A stretch of 64,000 nucleotides of DNA from Lentisphaerota bacterium. Lineage in GTDB: Bacteria; Verrucomicrobiota; Kiritimatiellia; UBA8416; JAUUYL01. The stretch lies in NCBI GenBank assembly GCA_030590485.1, contig JAUUYL010000006.1, forward strand, positions 3,785 through 67,784, written 5' to 3'. Numbering within the stretch: position 1 is the stretch's first letter; each line of letters begins with the position of its first letter. The position numbers and the translations under genes are program-made. Under the pieces are notes generated by a model. It had not been told where the DNA came from and ran no database searches. It was given only the letters and a program-made list of their open reading frames with translations. Positions 1-9,176 of the stretch are shown here, one piece after another.

Positions 1-185
1 AGTACAATGTTTCGTTGGGCGAGCACAGGGCCTTGGCTATACGTGCAGCTTTGGTAAGTGATGATGGCATTGCCAGTAAACGCATTCAGACTAGAACATA
101 TGGCGAAGAGAAGCCCGTTGATGGTCGTCACAATGAAAGCGCGTGGCGCCAGAACAGACGCGGCGAATTTGCGTTGTATCGATAA
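1..185 (+). CDS. pal: Pal/OmpA-family peptidoglycan-associated protein, C-terminal part (gene starts before window)
   Basis: Frame 3 reads YNVSLGEHRA...RIQTRTYGEEKP...AWRQNRRGEF*, the OmpA_C/Pal signature; TAA at 183-185. Confidence 0.85.
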   Translation, partial: YNVSLGEHRALAIRAALVSDDGIASKRIQTRTYGEEKPVDGRHNESAWRQNRRGEFALYR

Positions 186-548
186 ATGACTCACTATATT
201 TCAGCCAATCCAATTGCTTTTATCTCTGGTATGGGAACCAGTGAAATTATCGTTATTTTTCTGGTGATACTAATTCTTTTCGGGCCAAGGAAGCTTCCAG
301 GTATCGCAAAAATGATCGGCAAAACTCTTGATCAGCTTCGAAATGCATCTCAGGACTTCAAGGACGAGATCATGAAAATTGAGGATGATGTTAAGGATGA
401 TTTTAAAACTGCCACTATGGATGCGATTGATATTCCAGTGGTTGATGACTTAGATGGTGAGCCGGATGATGGTGAAGATGTGGATGCGAAGTTCGAAGAC
501 AGCAAGGAGATGGAAGAGGGTGAGCGAGAAAAAGAACCCGCGGAATGA
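186..548 (+). CDS. tatA: Twin-arginine translocase TatA/TatB family subunit
   Basis: TM helix followed by FGPRKLP and an amphipathic helix, acidic tail; directly upstream of tatC. Confidence 0.9.
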   Translation: MTHYISANPIAFISGMGTSEIIVIFLVILILFGPRKLPGIAKMIGKTLDQLRNASQDFKDEIMKIEDDVKDDFKTATMDAIDIPVVDDLDGEPDDGEDVDAKFEDSKEMEEGEREKEPAE

Positions 549-1350
549 TGATCGCATTCCTGATGATGAGCCTAAGTCTTTCCTTGAGCATCTTGAGGAG
601 CTGAGGGGTGCCATTATATGGACTGTCGGGGTTTTTATTGCCTGTTTTGCTGCTGCCTGCTGTTTTGTGCCGCGCATAATGACGTTCCTTGCCGGTCCGC
701 TTGGTGGTATCAAGGGGATTGATCCTGCCACATTCCTCATCTCCTACGATGTTTCAGAGCCCTTTATGATATGGATGAAGGTGGGGCTTTGGTCGGGGCT
801 GATTGTCGCTCTTCCAATAATAGTCTTTATTATCGGCAACTTTGTTATTCCTGGCCTGACATTAAAAGAGCGTCGAGTTTTGAGAATTGCGCTTGGAATC
901 TCGGCTCTTCTTTTCGCCTCTGGTGTATGGCTTTGTTATAACTGGACGTTGCCTGTGGCGCTCAAGGTGATGTATTGGATTCCTGAGAAAATAAACATCA
1001 CAGTGCCTGGCTGGACTGTTGGTAGCTACACGATTTTCGTTCTGAGATTGTTGTTGGCCTTTGGATTGGCCTTTGAACTTCCTGTGGTCGTTTATGCTTT
1101 AGGCAGTCTGGGCATTATTTCTTCCAAGAAGATGAGGGAGAAGCGAAGGCATGTGGTTGTAGGGCTCTTGGTTCTTGCGATGGTTCTGACACCTCAGGAT
1201 CCCTGGACGATGCTGATGATGGCTGTGCCGTTGATATGTCTTTTTGAGATTTCTGTCTGGCTGGTCAAAATGCATGAACTGCGCGCGAAGAAGAAATCTG
1301 TCGAGGAAGCTGATGCGGATTTTGAGTTCGACGACTACGAAGATCTATAA
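520..1350 (+). CDS. tatC: Twin-arginine translocase subunit TatC
   Basis: HLEELR, PGL..KER, FELP and LTPQDP motifs, about 6 TM; start placed at GTG 520 (ORF track opens at 454). Confidence 0.93.
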   Translation: MSEKKNPRNDDRIPDDEPKSFLEHLEELRGAIIWTVGVFIACFAAACCFVPRIMTFLAGPLGGIKGIDPATFLISYDVSEPFMIWMKVGLWSGLIVALPIIVFIIGNFVIPGLTLKERRVLRIALGISALLFASGVWLCYNWTLPVALKVMYWIPEKINITVPGWTVGSYTIFVLRLLLAFGLAFELPVVVYALGSLGIISSKKMREKRRHVVVGLLVLAMVLTPQDPWTMLMMAVPLICLFEISVWLVKMHELRAKKKSVEEADADFEFDDYEDL

Positions 1351-1385
1351 CGTGAAACGTGACGCGTAAAACGTGATGTGTGATG
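1351..1385 (+). repeat. Degenerate heptamer tandem tract (CGTGAAA-like x5) right after tatC stop
   Basis: cgtgaaa cgtgacg cgtaaaa cgtgatg tgtgatg. Confidence 0.75.
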
Positions 1386-1401
1386 TTTGTTGCATTTTGG
1401 G

Positions 1402-1491
1402 ACACTTAGTCGGCTACACTTAGTTGAAACCCAAGTGAAGATTATAATTTCTCCGACTAAGGGTAGAAGATTAAGGGTATAGGACTAAGTT
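1402..1491. repeat. Inverted repeat arrays between convergent tatC and USP genes (possible bidirectional terminator)
   Basis: cttagtcgg (1405-1413) pairs with ccgactaag (1453-1461); reiterated acttagt and gactaag/gattaag units on each side. Confidence 0.6.
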
Positions 1492-1505
1492 GTTTCGCTG
1501 CTCAC

Positions 1506-3323
1506 TTATACTTCGTAATTGCCCGGGGTGTTGAATTCGAGGATTTCGGCGCCGCGGTTCTTGAATTTGAATCCTCTGATCTTAAGATATTCAGGGGCAG
1601 TTTCGCTGGAATCGTCATCTGTCAGTAATATCAGTTCGAAACCGGTGTTGGATATTTCTTTATCCTTAATTGATACTTTGGCGTCTTTTTCTGTCCTGAT
1701 GACAAGAGCGGAGCTGCCTGACATTTTCAGGCCGTCTATATTGATATCTTCACCATCCAGGATGAGTGTGCTTTCGTCTGACATCTCGAGATTTCTTATT
1801 TTTTGTTTCACATCGCCAATAGACAGGGCAAATCTCGGGGTGAGTATGACTTTTGGTCCTCTTGTGAATGGAATGCCCAGGATTAGTTCTTCGCTATGTT
1901 CATTGACTGTGTTGCCGGCCAGCTGAAGTTTCATGCGGCCTGCCAGGTAGAAGTCGGATTCGGCGGTAGCGGCAGATTCAGGGGGGCCGCCTTGTTCATG
2001 CTTAGCCTTTGCGTCGATGATATTATTTTTGTTTGCGGAGAAGCACCAGCATCGGTCGAATATTGTTACGCCTACGTTCTCTCCGCTTTTGAACAGTTTC
2101 GGAAGGTCCTGCATCATTGTTTCCAAGCGGGTCGGTTTTTTGAATGATGTCCTAGTGTCGTCTTTGTACTTGGGATTAACAAATTCTGCTATTATGCCGC
2201 CTGAGTCTTTTAATACTTTGGCATAGGTATTCAGGTTTGCCACTAAAACGTTGATGTTGCCGGGGAATATGGAGAATCCCTTTTCGTTTGGAACGTCACC
2301 CTCAGGGCTGACCGTGGAGCGGAGCAGGGGATCCAGTTGGTTATATTCAACGTTGATGGTTATGCATTTGTCGCCGTTATTGAGTTTTGTCAGGGCGCCA
2401 ACGGCTTCGCCTGGAATTCTGTTTACTGCTACAGAGTTAAAGTCCAGATTATGTTTTATGGATGCACCGATGGCGGCAAATGCGGCGTTGAAGACCTGCC
2501 CGTTTGTGTCCTGGATAAAGAGTAGATGTTGTTTGCCGTCAGTAATCAGGCGTTCTGCTGTGCCGCTTGTGTGCATGAGCATATGTATGTCGCCATGACC
2601 ATGTGGTTTGAGTGTAACAGAGTAGGGGCCGTGCATGGCAATATGGCCATCATTGTCGGCTATAGCCGGCACGAGTTCCTGTTTGAGTATTGTTACCTGA
2701 GACTCTTGGAGTCCAAAGAAATTGTTTTCTGTCAGGGCGGTCATGGTCTTCTCATGGCTATCCCTGGATGTCATGATAATCATAGGGACTGAGCCAGGTT
2801 TGCCTGTCCTGAGTTCCATGGCAAGGATGACGGTGCTGTAATGCTGTATGTATGTTGTTTCTGTGAGTGTTTCTACCGGTATATTCAGTTTGATTCCGGG
2901 GTATCCCAGTCTTTCACCTAGACCGCCTGCAACGAGGGCTACGGCGATTTTGTCCATATTTTTCATTGCAACATCTTCATATTCTGAATATGTGTCGTCC
3001 AGAGAGGTTAGATCAACTGTATCGGGCTGTTCTGGCTGATATCCGCTAAACGGATTAACTCCGTCTTTGGAGGCGGCTAGGAGCGTTCTAGCATTGTTGA
3101 TGTAGGCTGTAATCCCGCCGGGGTATGAAGACTCGACTGTTGAGAGGTCGGCGAGTAGAGCCTTTTTCTCATCGGTCGCCTCTCCTGGAGGAGCCCAGTT
3201 GGAGAAAATATGTGCCTGATCTGAATCCAGAAGGATTTGGATCAGGTTCTTTTCGTATGCAGAAAGAGCAGAGCTTTTCAGCTCTGCTCTCACTGTAATT
3301 AAGAGTTTCTCGTTATTGATCAT
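1506..3323 (-). CDS. UDP-sugar pyrophosphorylase (UTP:monosaccharide-1-phosphate uridylyltransferase), plant/protist USP type
   Basis: LVAGGLGERLGY.GIK, KPHGHGDIH, INVEYNQLDPLL, FPGNIN and EFVNPKY...PTRLETMMQD motifs; about 600 aa. Confidence 0.85.
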   Translation of the reverse strand: MINNEKLLITVRAELKSSALSAYEKNLIQILLDSDQAHIFSNWAPPGEATDEKKALLADLSTVESSYPGGITAYINNARTLLAASKDGVNPFSGYQPEQPDTVDLTSLDDTYSEYEDVAMKNMDKIAVALVAGGLGERLGYPGIKLNIPVETLTETTYIQHYSTVILAMELRTGKPGSVPMIIMTSRDSHEKTMTALTENNFFGLQESQVTILKQELVPAIADNDGHIAMHGPYSVTLKPHGHGDIHMLMHTSGTAERLITDGKQHLLFIQDTNGQVFNAAFAAIGASIKHNLDFNSVAVNRIPGEAVGALTKLNNGDKCITINVEYNQLDPLLRSTVSPEGDVPNEKGFSIFPGNINVLVANLNTYAKVLKDSGGIIAEFVNPKYKDDTRTSFKKPTRLETMMQDLPKLFKSGENVGVTIFDRCWCFSANKNNIIDAKAKHEQGGPPESAATAESDFYLAGRMKLQLAGNTVNEHSEELILGIPFTRGPKVILTPRFALSIGDVKQKIRNLEMSDESTLILDGEDINIDGLKMSGSSALVIRTEKDAKVSIKDKEISNTGFELILLTDDDSSETAPEYLKIRGFKFKNRGAEILEFNTPGNYEV

Positions 3324-3328
3324 TCAGC

Positions 3329-5194
3329 TTAGAGATCAAGCGGGCTGATGTAGTCGCCCTTTGCGGCCCTGAGTTCTTCAAGGCGTGTGCGCTGTGCAGC
3401 CATCTCGTCTTTCATTGTCTGCGGATTATCATCGATAGTAGCGAAGATTTTATCCATGCGGTCAAGCTTGGCTACGCATTCAGGAATGCGGATCATGAAC
3501 TGGTCAACATAGTCCTGCTCAGTGTAGTCAGAGTCCAAGACTTCCTTAAACAGTCTCTTCAGGTCTTCAAACAGGGGGATCTTGCCGTATGCAGCATCAA
3601 TCGCCTCTACATCGCCGTGGACACGCAGTTCCATCCACTTAATCCAGATAGATTTGTCGAGTTTGCCGTTGAGGTATTCGCCGTCCTTCTTGATGAAGTA
3701 GTTTGTGCCGAATACTATTGGACGTTTGATATCTTTGGCGAAATCTAGGTTGTTCTGGATGTAGCGGCCAACTGACATTGACAGGAAGTCCATGTTGGAC
3801 ATTACGTTCCAGTTTCTAACGCCTTCTTGACCGATTGTAGCGGCTGTGGTCTCGGATTCGAGTGTAGCACCCATTGTGCATACGCCGTGTTCCCAAGAGT
3901 AAGCTTCGCGTACAGGAACGGATGTATCGCTGTCGCGGCCACCGTAGATGATACCGTCGATCTTAAGTCCTTTTGGTGCATCCCAATCCGGGTCAGCATT
4001 CTCGAGGTCTCTCATCTGGACAGTATAGCGAGCGTTCTTATGGCTTGGATTTGTCGGGTTGCCATCCGGACCTTCCATGCCTTCCGTCCATTCGCCACTG
4101 ACATAGTTGGTGCCGTCTTTAGCTGTTTCTTCGCCCATGCCGGACCAGTAAGGCCTTCCGTCTTTGACAAGTACGTTGCCGAAGATGACTTCACCTGGGC
4201 TAGTCAAAACTTTGTGGATGACAGGGTCATCATTAGCGTTAACATCGGTAATGATGCCGAAGATGCCATTTTCAACGTTAGCCGCGCGGAATTCTCCGTC
4301 GATCACCTTGAAGTACGCGAGATCGTCACCAACGATGTTTTCGCCGGGGATCATTGCTGTTGAAGTTTTGCCGCAGGCGCTTGGAAATGCACCGGCGAGG
4401 TATGTCTTGCGGCCGTTAGGTCCGTTGCTGCGCATGATGAACATATGTTCTGCGAGCCAGCCTTCGCGGTCGGCTTTGCGGAGCGCGAGGCGCAGTGAAA
4501 GTTTTTTCAGGCCAACGGTGTTACCTGCGTACTGGGTGTTAACGCTCAGAGTTGTGTTCTGAGTGTAGTCCATGTATACGCGGTTAAGTTCTGGGTGCTT
4601 TGAGCAGTTACGCTCATTGACTTCGCCCGTGGCGTGGCGGTACTTAAAGAACTCGAGTCCGGCATCGCGGCTCTTGAACTCTTCGTATCCACGTCTGTAG
4701 AGGAGATCTTCGCTGTGGATTACGTATGCTGAGTCTGTAATCTGCAGGCATGGGATTGCGAATTCTGTGCCTACTGGGCCGAGGCAGAAGAATCTCACCA
4801 ACATCTGGCGCCCTTTATAACCGCCGCGCTGGAGGTCTTCCATTTCCTTGACACCTTCATCTCTGTCCATTTGGCCGAGTTTCGGGTCAAGTGTTTCGTC
4901 TGCAGGGACGAGATATTTTGTGACGTCTTTTTTGCGGGCCTGGTCGAAATATCCATCAAAGTGGACAGTATGTCCCTCTATATTCAGCGGAGTTTCTTCT
5001 TTGTTGTCTATTGCGAGCTGTCTGCAATATGCCACATCTTCGTCTGAGTCGTTACCAACAAAGACGCTGTCTGGTTCGCAGAGTTCTATAGCTGCGCCCA
5101 CGAAGTCAAGAACTTCGTCATTCTCGAGTGATGCGAGCTTATTGAAGTTTTCTTCGCTCATCTTGCTTTTGATTAGATCGTCGTATTTACTCAT
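3329..5194 (-). CDS. pckG: Phosphoenolpyruvate carboxykinase (GTP)
   Basis: WLAEHM, AFPSACGKTSTAM, VGDDLA, ENGIFG, HKNARY and IIYGGRD motifs; ATG 5194 preceded by GGAGG. Confidence 0.95.
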   Translation of the reverse strand: MSKYDDLIKSKMSEENFNKLASLENDEVLDFVGAAIELCEPDSVFVGNDSDEDVAYCRQLAIDNKEETPLNIEGHTVHFDGYFDQARKKDVTKYLVPADETLDPKLGQMDRDEGVKEMEDLQRGGYKGRQMLVRFFCLGPVGTEFAIPCLQITDSAYVIHSEDLLYRRGYEEFKSRDAGLEFFKYRHATGEVNERNCSKHPELNRVYMDYTQNTTLSVNTQYAGNTVGLKKLSLRLALRKADREGWLAEHMFIMRSNGPNGRKTYLAGAFPSACGKTSTAMIPGENIVGDDLAYFKVIDGEFRAANVENGIFGIITDVNANDDPVIHKVLTSPGEVIFGNVLVKDGRPYWSGMGEETAKDGTNYVSGEWTEGMEGPDGNPTNPSHKNARYTVQMRDLENADPDWDAPKGLKIDGIIYGGRDSDTSVPVREAYSWEHGVCTMGATLESETTAATIGQEGVRNWNVMSNMDFLSMSVGRYIQNNLDFAKDIKRPIVFGTNYFIKKDGEYLNGKLDKSIWIKWMELRVHGDVEAIDAAYGKIPLFEDLKRLFKEVLDSDYTEQDYVDQFMIRIPECVAKLDRMDKIFATIDDNPQTMKDEMAAQRTRLEELRAAKGDYISPLDL

Positions 5195-5353
5195 GCTACC
5201 TCCTGTTTTGTTAAGCTTATTACTTGTGAAGTTGGTATTTGTACAGTGAAGAAGACGGTTAGGCAATACAAAAGAAACGATTCTGTTATTTTTTTATCAA
5301 TTGACTTTTATGTTGAAATACTGCCTGGCAGGGGATATTTTATAGGAATGGAT

Positions 5354-6205
5354 ATGAGGGTGGCTAATTATTGGGAGCGGAATGGTGATACGGTCGAGTG
5401 TTTGCTCTGTCCTACTGGATGTATTATAAGTGAGGGGGGTAGTGGTTTCTGTAAGGTACGCGGGGTACGTGAGGGGGAATTGAAGGCTTTGGGTTATGGA
5501 AAAGTCTCGTCGGCGCATCTGGATCCTATTGAAAAGAAGCCTTTAAATGATTTTTTTCCTGGCAGTATGATATACAGCATTGGGGGGTGGGGTTGTAATC
5601 TCTCCTGTGCATTTTGTCAGAATTGGAGCATATCCCAGGAGTTTCATGATGAGTCGAGGGTTTATGAGCCAGCGGATATTGTTGATGAAGCGAAGGCTTC
5701 CGGTTCAATAGGTATTGCGTACACGTACAATGAGCCTTTGATTTCATTTGAGTTTGTCAGGGATTGTGCGCAGTTGGCGCGTTCTGCTGGGCTTGTGAAT
5801 GTCCTTGTCACAAATGGGTATATTAATACTGAGCCTGCCTCTGAGTTGTTGTCTCTTGTCGATGCGCTTAATATTGATATTAAGAGTATGGATCCGGAGT
5901 TCTACAAAACACATTGCGGTGGTGAATTGAATCCCGTTTTGGACTTTGCTGTGCAGGCAAATGCGGCGGGTTGTCATGTGGAGATAACAAACCTGGTGAT
6001 TCCGGGTTTAAATGACAGTGATGATCTTTTTGTGAGTCTTGCTGATTGGATATATGATAATCTGGGTGCAGAGGTTCCGCTTCATTTGAGTGCGTATCAT
6101 CCGCAGTATAAGATGGTTGTTAATCGAACTCCGCCGGAAACATTGCTGAACGCGCGAGATTTATGCGAACAGCGGCTCAAGCATGTGTATTTAGGGAACG
6201 TCTAG
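5354..6205 (+). CDS. amrS: AmmeMemoRadiSam system radical SAM enzyme
   Basis: N-terminal CLLCP..C...GFCKVR, DPIEKKPL, GCNLSCAFCQNWSISQ, AYTYNEP, C-terminal VYLGNV; start approximate. Confidence 0.9.
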   Translation: MRVANYWERNGDTVECLLCPTGCIISEGGSGFCKVRGVREGELKALGYGKVSSAHLDPIEKKPLNDFFPGSMIYSIGGWGCNLSCAFCQNWSISQEFHDESRVYEPADIVDEAKASGSIGIAYTYNEPLISFEFVRDCAQLARSAGLVNVLVTNGYINTEPASELLSLVDALNIDIKSMDPEFYKTHCGGELNPVLDFAVQANAAGCHVEITNLVIPGLNDSDDLFVSLADWIYDNLGAEVPLHLSAYHPQYKMVVNRTPPETLLNARDLCEQRLKHVYLGNV

Positions 6206-7899
6206 TTCTGCGTTTCCGGCTCGGCATCATTTTCTTTGTCGTCATCAAGCGGTCCGAGTTCTTCTCTTAGTCTTGCAATATGGTCCACGAGACCAGCTGA
6301 AGCCAGGTTGGCGTTCAGCCAATCATCATATACGAGAGATGTGCGATAGCGTTCGATCATTGCCAGCACCTGTGGTTTCATGGCCATTATGGAAAGGGCG
6401 TCTGCAGGCGTTCGTTCTACAATGCGAACCAGCAGGATTCCGTCCTCGGTATCCACCACATCGGACAATTCGTCACCGTTGAGTTTCATCACAGTTGGGA
6501 TAAGTGTGTCGGCATACGCGATATCGTTAGAAATGCTACCTTCGTAAACGTTGAAAGGCTTTGTGGTTTCGACTTTCAGCTTCATGCGTTTTGCCAGATC
6601 TTTGAGTTTCTTGCCATCATCCAGGCCTTTGATCAGTGTGTCTCTAGTGGACGCCGCTTTTTCGTAGAATTTCTTGATCTCAAGTTCCTGTTTGACGGCA
6701 GGAATAATGCGGTTCTTGATTTCATCGAACTCTGGTATTGCCGGTTCAATAGTGTCTTGTGTGGCTATGACATAGATATTGCTCTCCCCGAATATAGCAT
6801 CGCTGAAATAGCCTTCATCATCATCAGGGTCCAGTGAGAATGCAATTCTGTTGAACATTAAGTCTGCATCTATTCCCTGGACGGATTCCGAGGCGGCGAA
6901 GAATTCAGAGGTCTGGACTTTCATTTTGAAAGTCTGAGCAGCCTGTTCCATGCTTGCCCCTTTTCTGTCGGAGTAGCGTCCAGGCACCATTGCGGAAACA
7001 AGATCAGATGCTTTTACGGCAGCATCGTTCAGGGCCTTCTTTAATTTAAGCTGGTGGGCAATGCCGTCTTTAACCTCCTTGAGCGGGGTTGGGACGGAAA
7101 CATTGTTAGTATCTGTTGTTGTGTAATCGTCTATGTTGAAGGCGTAATAGTCTTCAACGGCTTCTGAGGTGATTTCGATTGCGTCGATGTGCTCATCAAC
7201 AGGGAACTGGATATACCTGACGTTGATTTTCTTTTCAGTCTTAAAGTATTCCTTGTTGGTCTCGTAATATTCTTTTATGTCGGCATCGCTTACTTTAACT
7301 TTGGTCACAGTGTTGCTTAATGACATATGAATGTATTCCGCAATAAAATAGTCCATAAGGCTTCCAGCGCGGTCACTGGCTTCGTTGTGGGGAACCCAGA
7401 ATGTAGATGCGAGAACATCTATTAATTTGCGAAGTAGTAATTCTTGTCGCATATAATCTTCGTAGTCGCTTTCGGCGATTCTCATGCGCATGAGAATGTC
7501 TCTGTATTTGTCGCTGTTGAAGTTGCCGGCGACAAGGAAGGCCTGGTCTCTTTGCAGGTAGGCGGCAATCTCATCGTTGGCAACAGTGATGCCTATAGCT
7601 TTGGCTTGTTTCAGGGCTGCCAGGCGCATCCATACGCGGTTACGAAGGTACGCGTCTTCTTCCGGGGTGAGGCTTGTGTCGCGGCGCAGTCTGAGTTCGT
7701 AATATCTGGCACGGAGGAATTCACCTTTAGATATGTCATCACCGTTCAGTTCGCCTTCAGCGCCACCGCCGCCCGGGTTTTTATTCTTCATGAGCTGGGT
7801 GGCTACTGGCACGGCAACAAATGCCAAGACGATAATAAACGCCAGTAGGATGAGAAGGATTTTACTTTTAATCATTTTATTGAATTTTGTAATCAGCAT
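6202..7899 (-). CDS. PpiD/SurA N-terminal domain membrane-anchored periplasmic chaperone
   Basis: N-terminal TM, then AKAIGITVANDEI, FNSDKY, EIKEYYE-like (DIKEYYETNKEYF) and LSDVVDTEDG segments typical of PpiD. Confidence 0.75.
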   Translation of the reverse strand: MLITKFNKMIKSKILLILLAFIIVLAFVAVPVATQLMKNKNPGGGGAEGELNGDDISKGEFLRARYYELRLRRDTSLTPEEDAYLRNRVWMRLAALKQAKAIGITVANDEIAAYLQRDQAFLVAGNFNSDKYRDILMRMRIAESDYEDYMRQELLLRKLIDVLASTFWVPHNEASDRAGSLMDYFIAEYIHMSLSNTVTKVKVSDADIKEYYETNKEYFKTEKKINVRYIQFPVDEHIDAIEITSEAVEDYYAFNIDDYTTTDTNNVSVPTPLKEVKDGIAHQLKLKKALNDAAVKASDLVSAMVPGRYSDRKGASMEQAAQTFKMKVQTSEFFAASESVQGIDADLMFNRIAFSLDPDDDEGYFSDAIFGESNIYVIATQDTIEPAIPEFDEIKNRIIPAVKQELEIKKFYEKAASTRDTLIKGLDDGKKLKDLAKRMKLKVETTKPFNVYEGSISNDIAYADTLIPTVMKLNGDELSDVVDTEDGILLVRIVERTPADALSIMAMKPQVLAMIERYRTSLVYDDWLNANLASAGLVDHIARLREELGPLDDDKENDAEPETQN

Positions 7900-7920
7900 G
7901 AGTTTCTTCCTTGTATATAT

Positions 7921-7953
7921 AAAAAATGCATCCCGCCATTAAACGGGATGCAT
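7921..7953 (-). terminator. Intrinsic terminator of FecR-domain gene
   Basis: atgcatcccg-ccattaaa-cgggatgcat 10-bp stem followed by a T run on the minus strand. Confidence 0.75.
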
Positions 7954-7976
7954 CTTTCATCAAAATTTAAAGTTTG

Positions 7977-8921
7977 TCAATTACTTCTGCCTTTACCAAT
8001 CGGCGTTATTGACCGCGGCTGGGTGGTAGTGGTGGTTGTGCTGGTAGTGGTAGTAACGGTGATGTTTCCGTCAAACTTAATTCTTCTCTTAGGCTTCGCT
8101 TCACCGTCTATAGGGAGTTTGTCCTGCTTGTCTTCAGGAAGCTGATCTGTAAAAACATCTGCAGGGAGAGTGTTGCCGTCCGGCTCGGTGACGATTACTG
8201 TGATAATAATCAGATTGCCGCCTTTAGCTCTTCTGCGCCAGATCTTGACAATTGAGTTTTTCTCAGTTGAAACAACTTTTGGGTTGCCCTGAGAATCTTT
8301 GTATTCGATGTCAAACATCCCTTTGAGTGTCTTAATCCTGGTAAAACTACCTGCGTCATCGCCTGACACACTAAGTGCCGTGCCTGCGGAAACCTGATCG
8401 ATTGCATAATTCATACCGAAAATCGTGGTTGATCCGTGTGTGACTATGAACACAACTACGTTAATGTCCTGCTCCTTGTGAGCTTCGCAGGAGAACTTTG
8501 TGCCGATTGCGCCGCATACTGCGGTGGCTGTTTCGACGTTCAGTGAGTTGCCAGTGTTCTCTGTCAGCATCTCTTCCAGCTCGACTTCTATTTTACCTTC
8601 AGTCAGGTGTATGACTTTCAATTTAGGATTTGTGATTCCGTCGGACATGGTAAGTTCTGCTTTAGCGAGAACGCGACATTCGTTGCCGGCTGAAAGCTGT
8701 ATGAGCGCTGAGGATTTTCTGCCGGTACGGACAGTAGTGCCATACGCATAAGCCTTGCCTTCCTGAGCCTTGATGAATTTTCTGGCGCCAGCGGGCTTTA
8801 CTTCACAGTCACCCGATATCTTCATAACGCGAAAGAGTTGCTCGAAAGGTGCGCTGAAAGCTGTTGTGCTCACCAAACACACAAGGAATAACAATGTGGT
8901 GATTCTTACCAATCTGGTCAT
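7977..8921 (-). CDS. Secreted FecR-domain protein with Thr-rich C-terminal tail
   Basis: Signal peptide; TVRTGRKSSALIQL, LTEGKI and VETATAVCGAIGTKF FecR motifs; ATG 8921 with CAGGAG RBS. Confidence 0.75.
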   Translation of the reverse strand: MTRLVRITTLLFLVCLVSTTAFSAPFEQLFRVMKISGDCEVKPAGARKFIKAQEGKAYAYGTTVRTGRKSSALIQLSAGNECRVLAKAELTMSDGITNPKLKVIHLTEGKIEVELEEMLTENTGNSLNVETATAVCGAIGTKFSCEAHKEQDINVVVFIVTHGSTTIFGMNYAIDQVSAGTALSVSGDDAGSFTRIKTLKGMFDIEYKDSQGNPKVVSTEKNSIVKIWRRRAKGGNLIIITVIVTEPDGNTLPADVFTDQLPEDKQDKLPIDGEAKPKRRIKFDGNITVTTTTSTTTTTTQPRSITPIGKGRSN

Positions 8922-9176
8922 AATCTGTATCTCCTGTTGATTTCTAAATAATCTAACCTTTACTTTGCCATATATAAGCAATGTGGGTGACTAAGTCAAG
9001 TGGCATTTTGTTTGAAACGCGTATTTAACAGCCTGAAAGAATAATATGTTTTTTTATGTTTTGGCTTGATATTCCGTTCTTAGGCGTGTAAAAGTCTTTC
9101 CTTTGCAATATTGCGAATTATATAATGTGAATTGTGCCTATAATGTATATATCATCTGAGGGGTAGGAAACAACGT

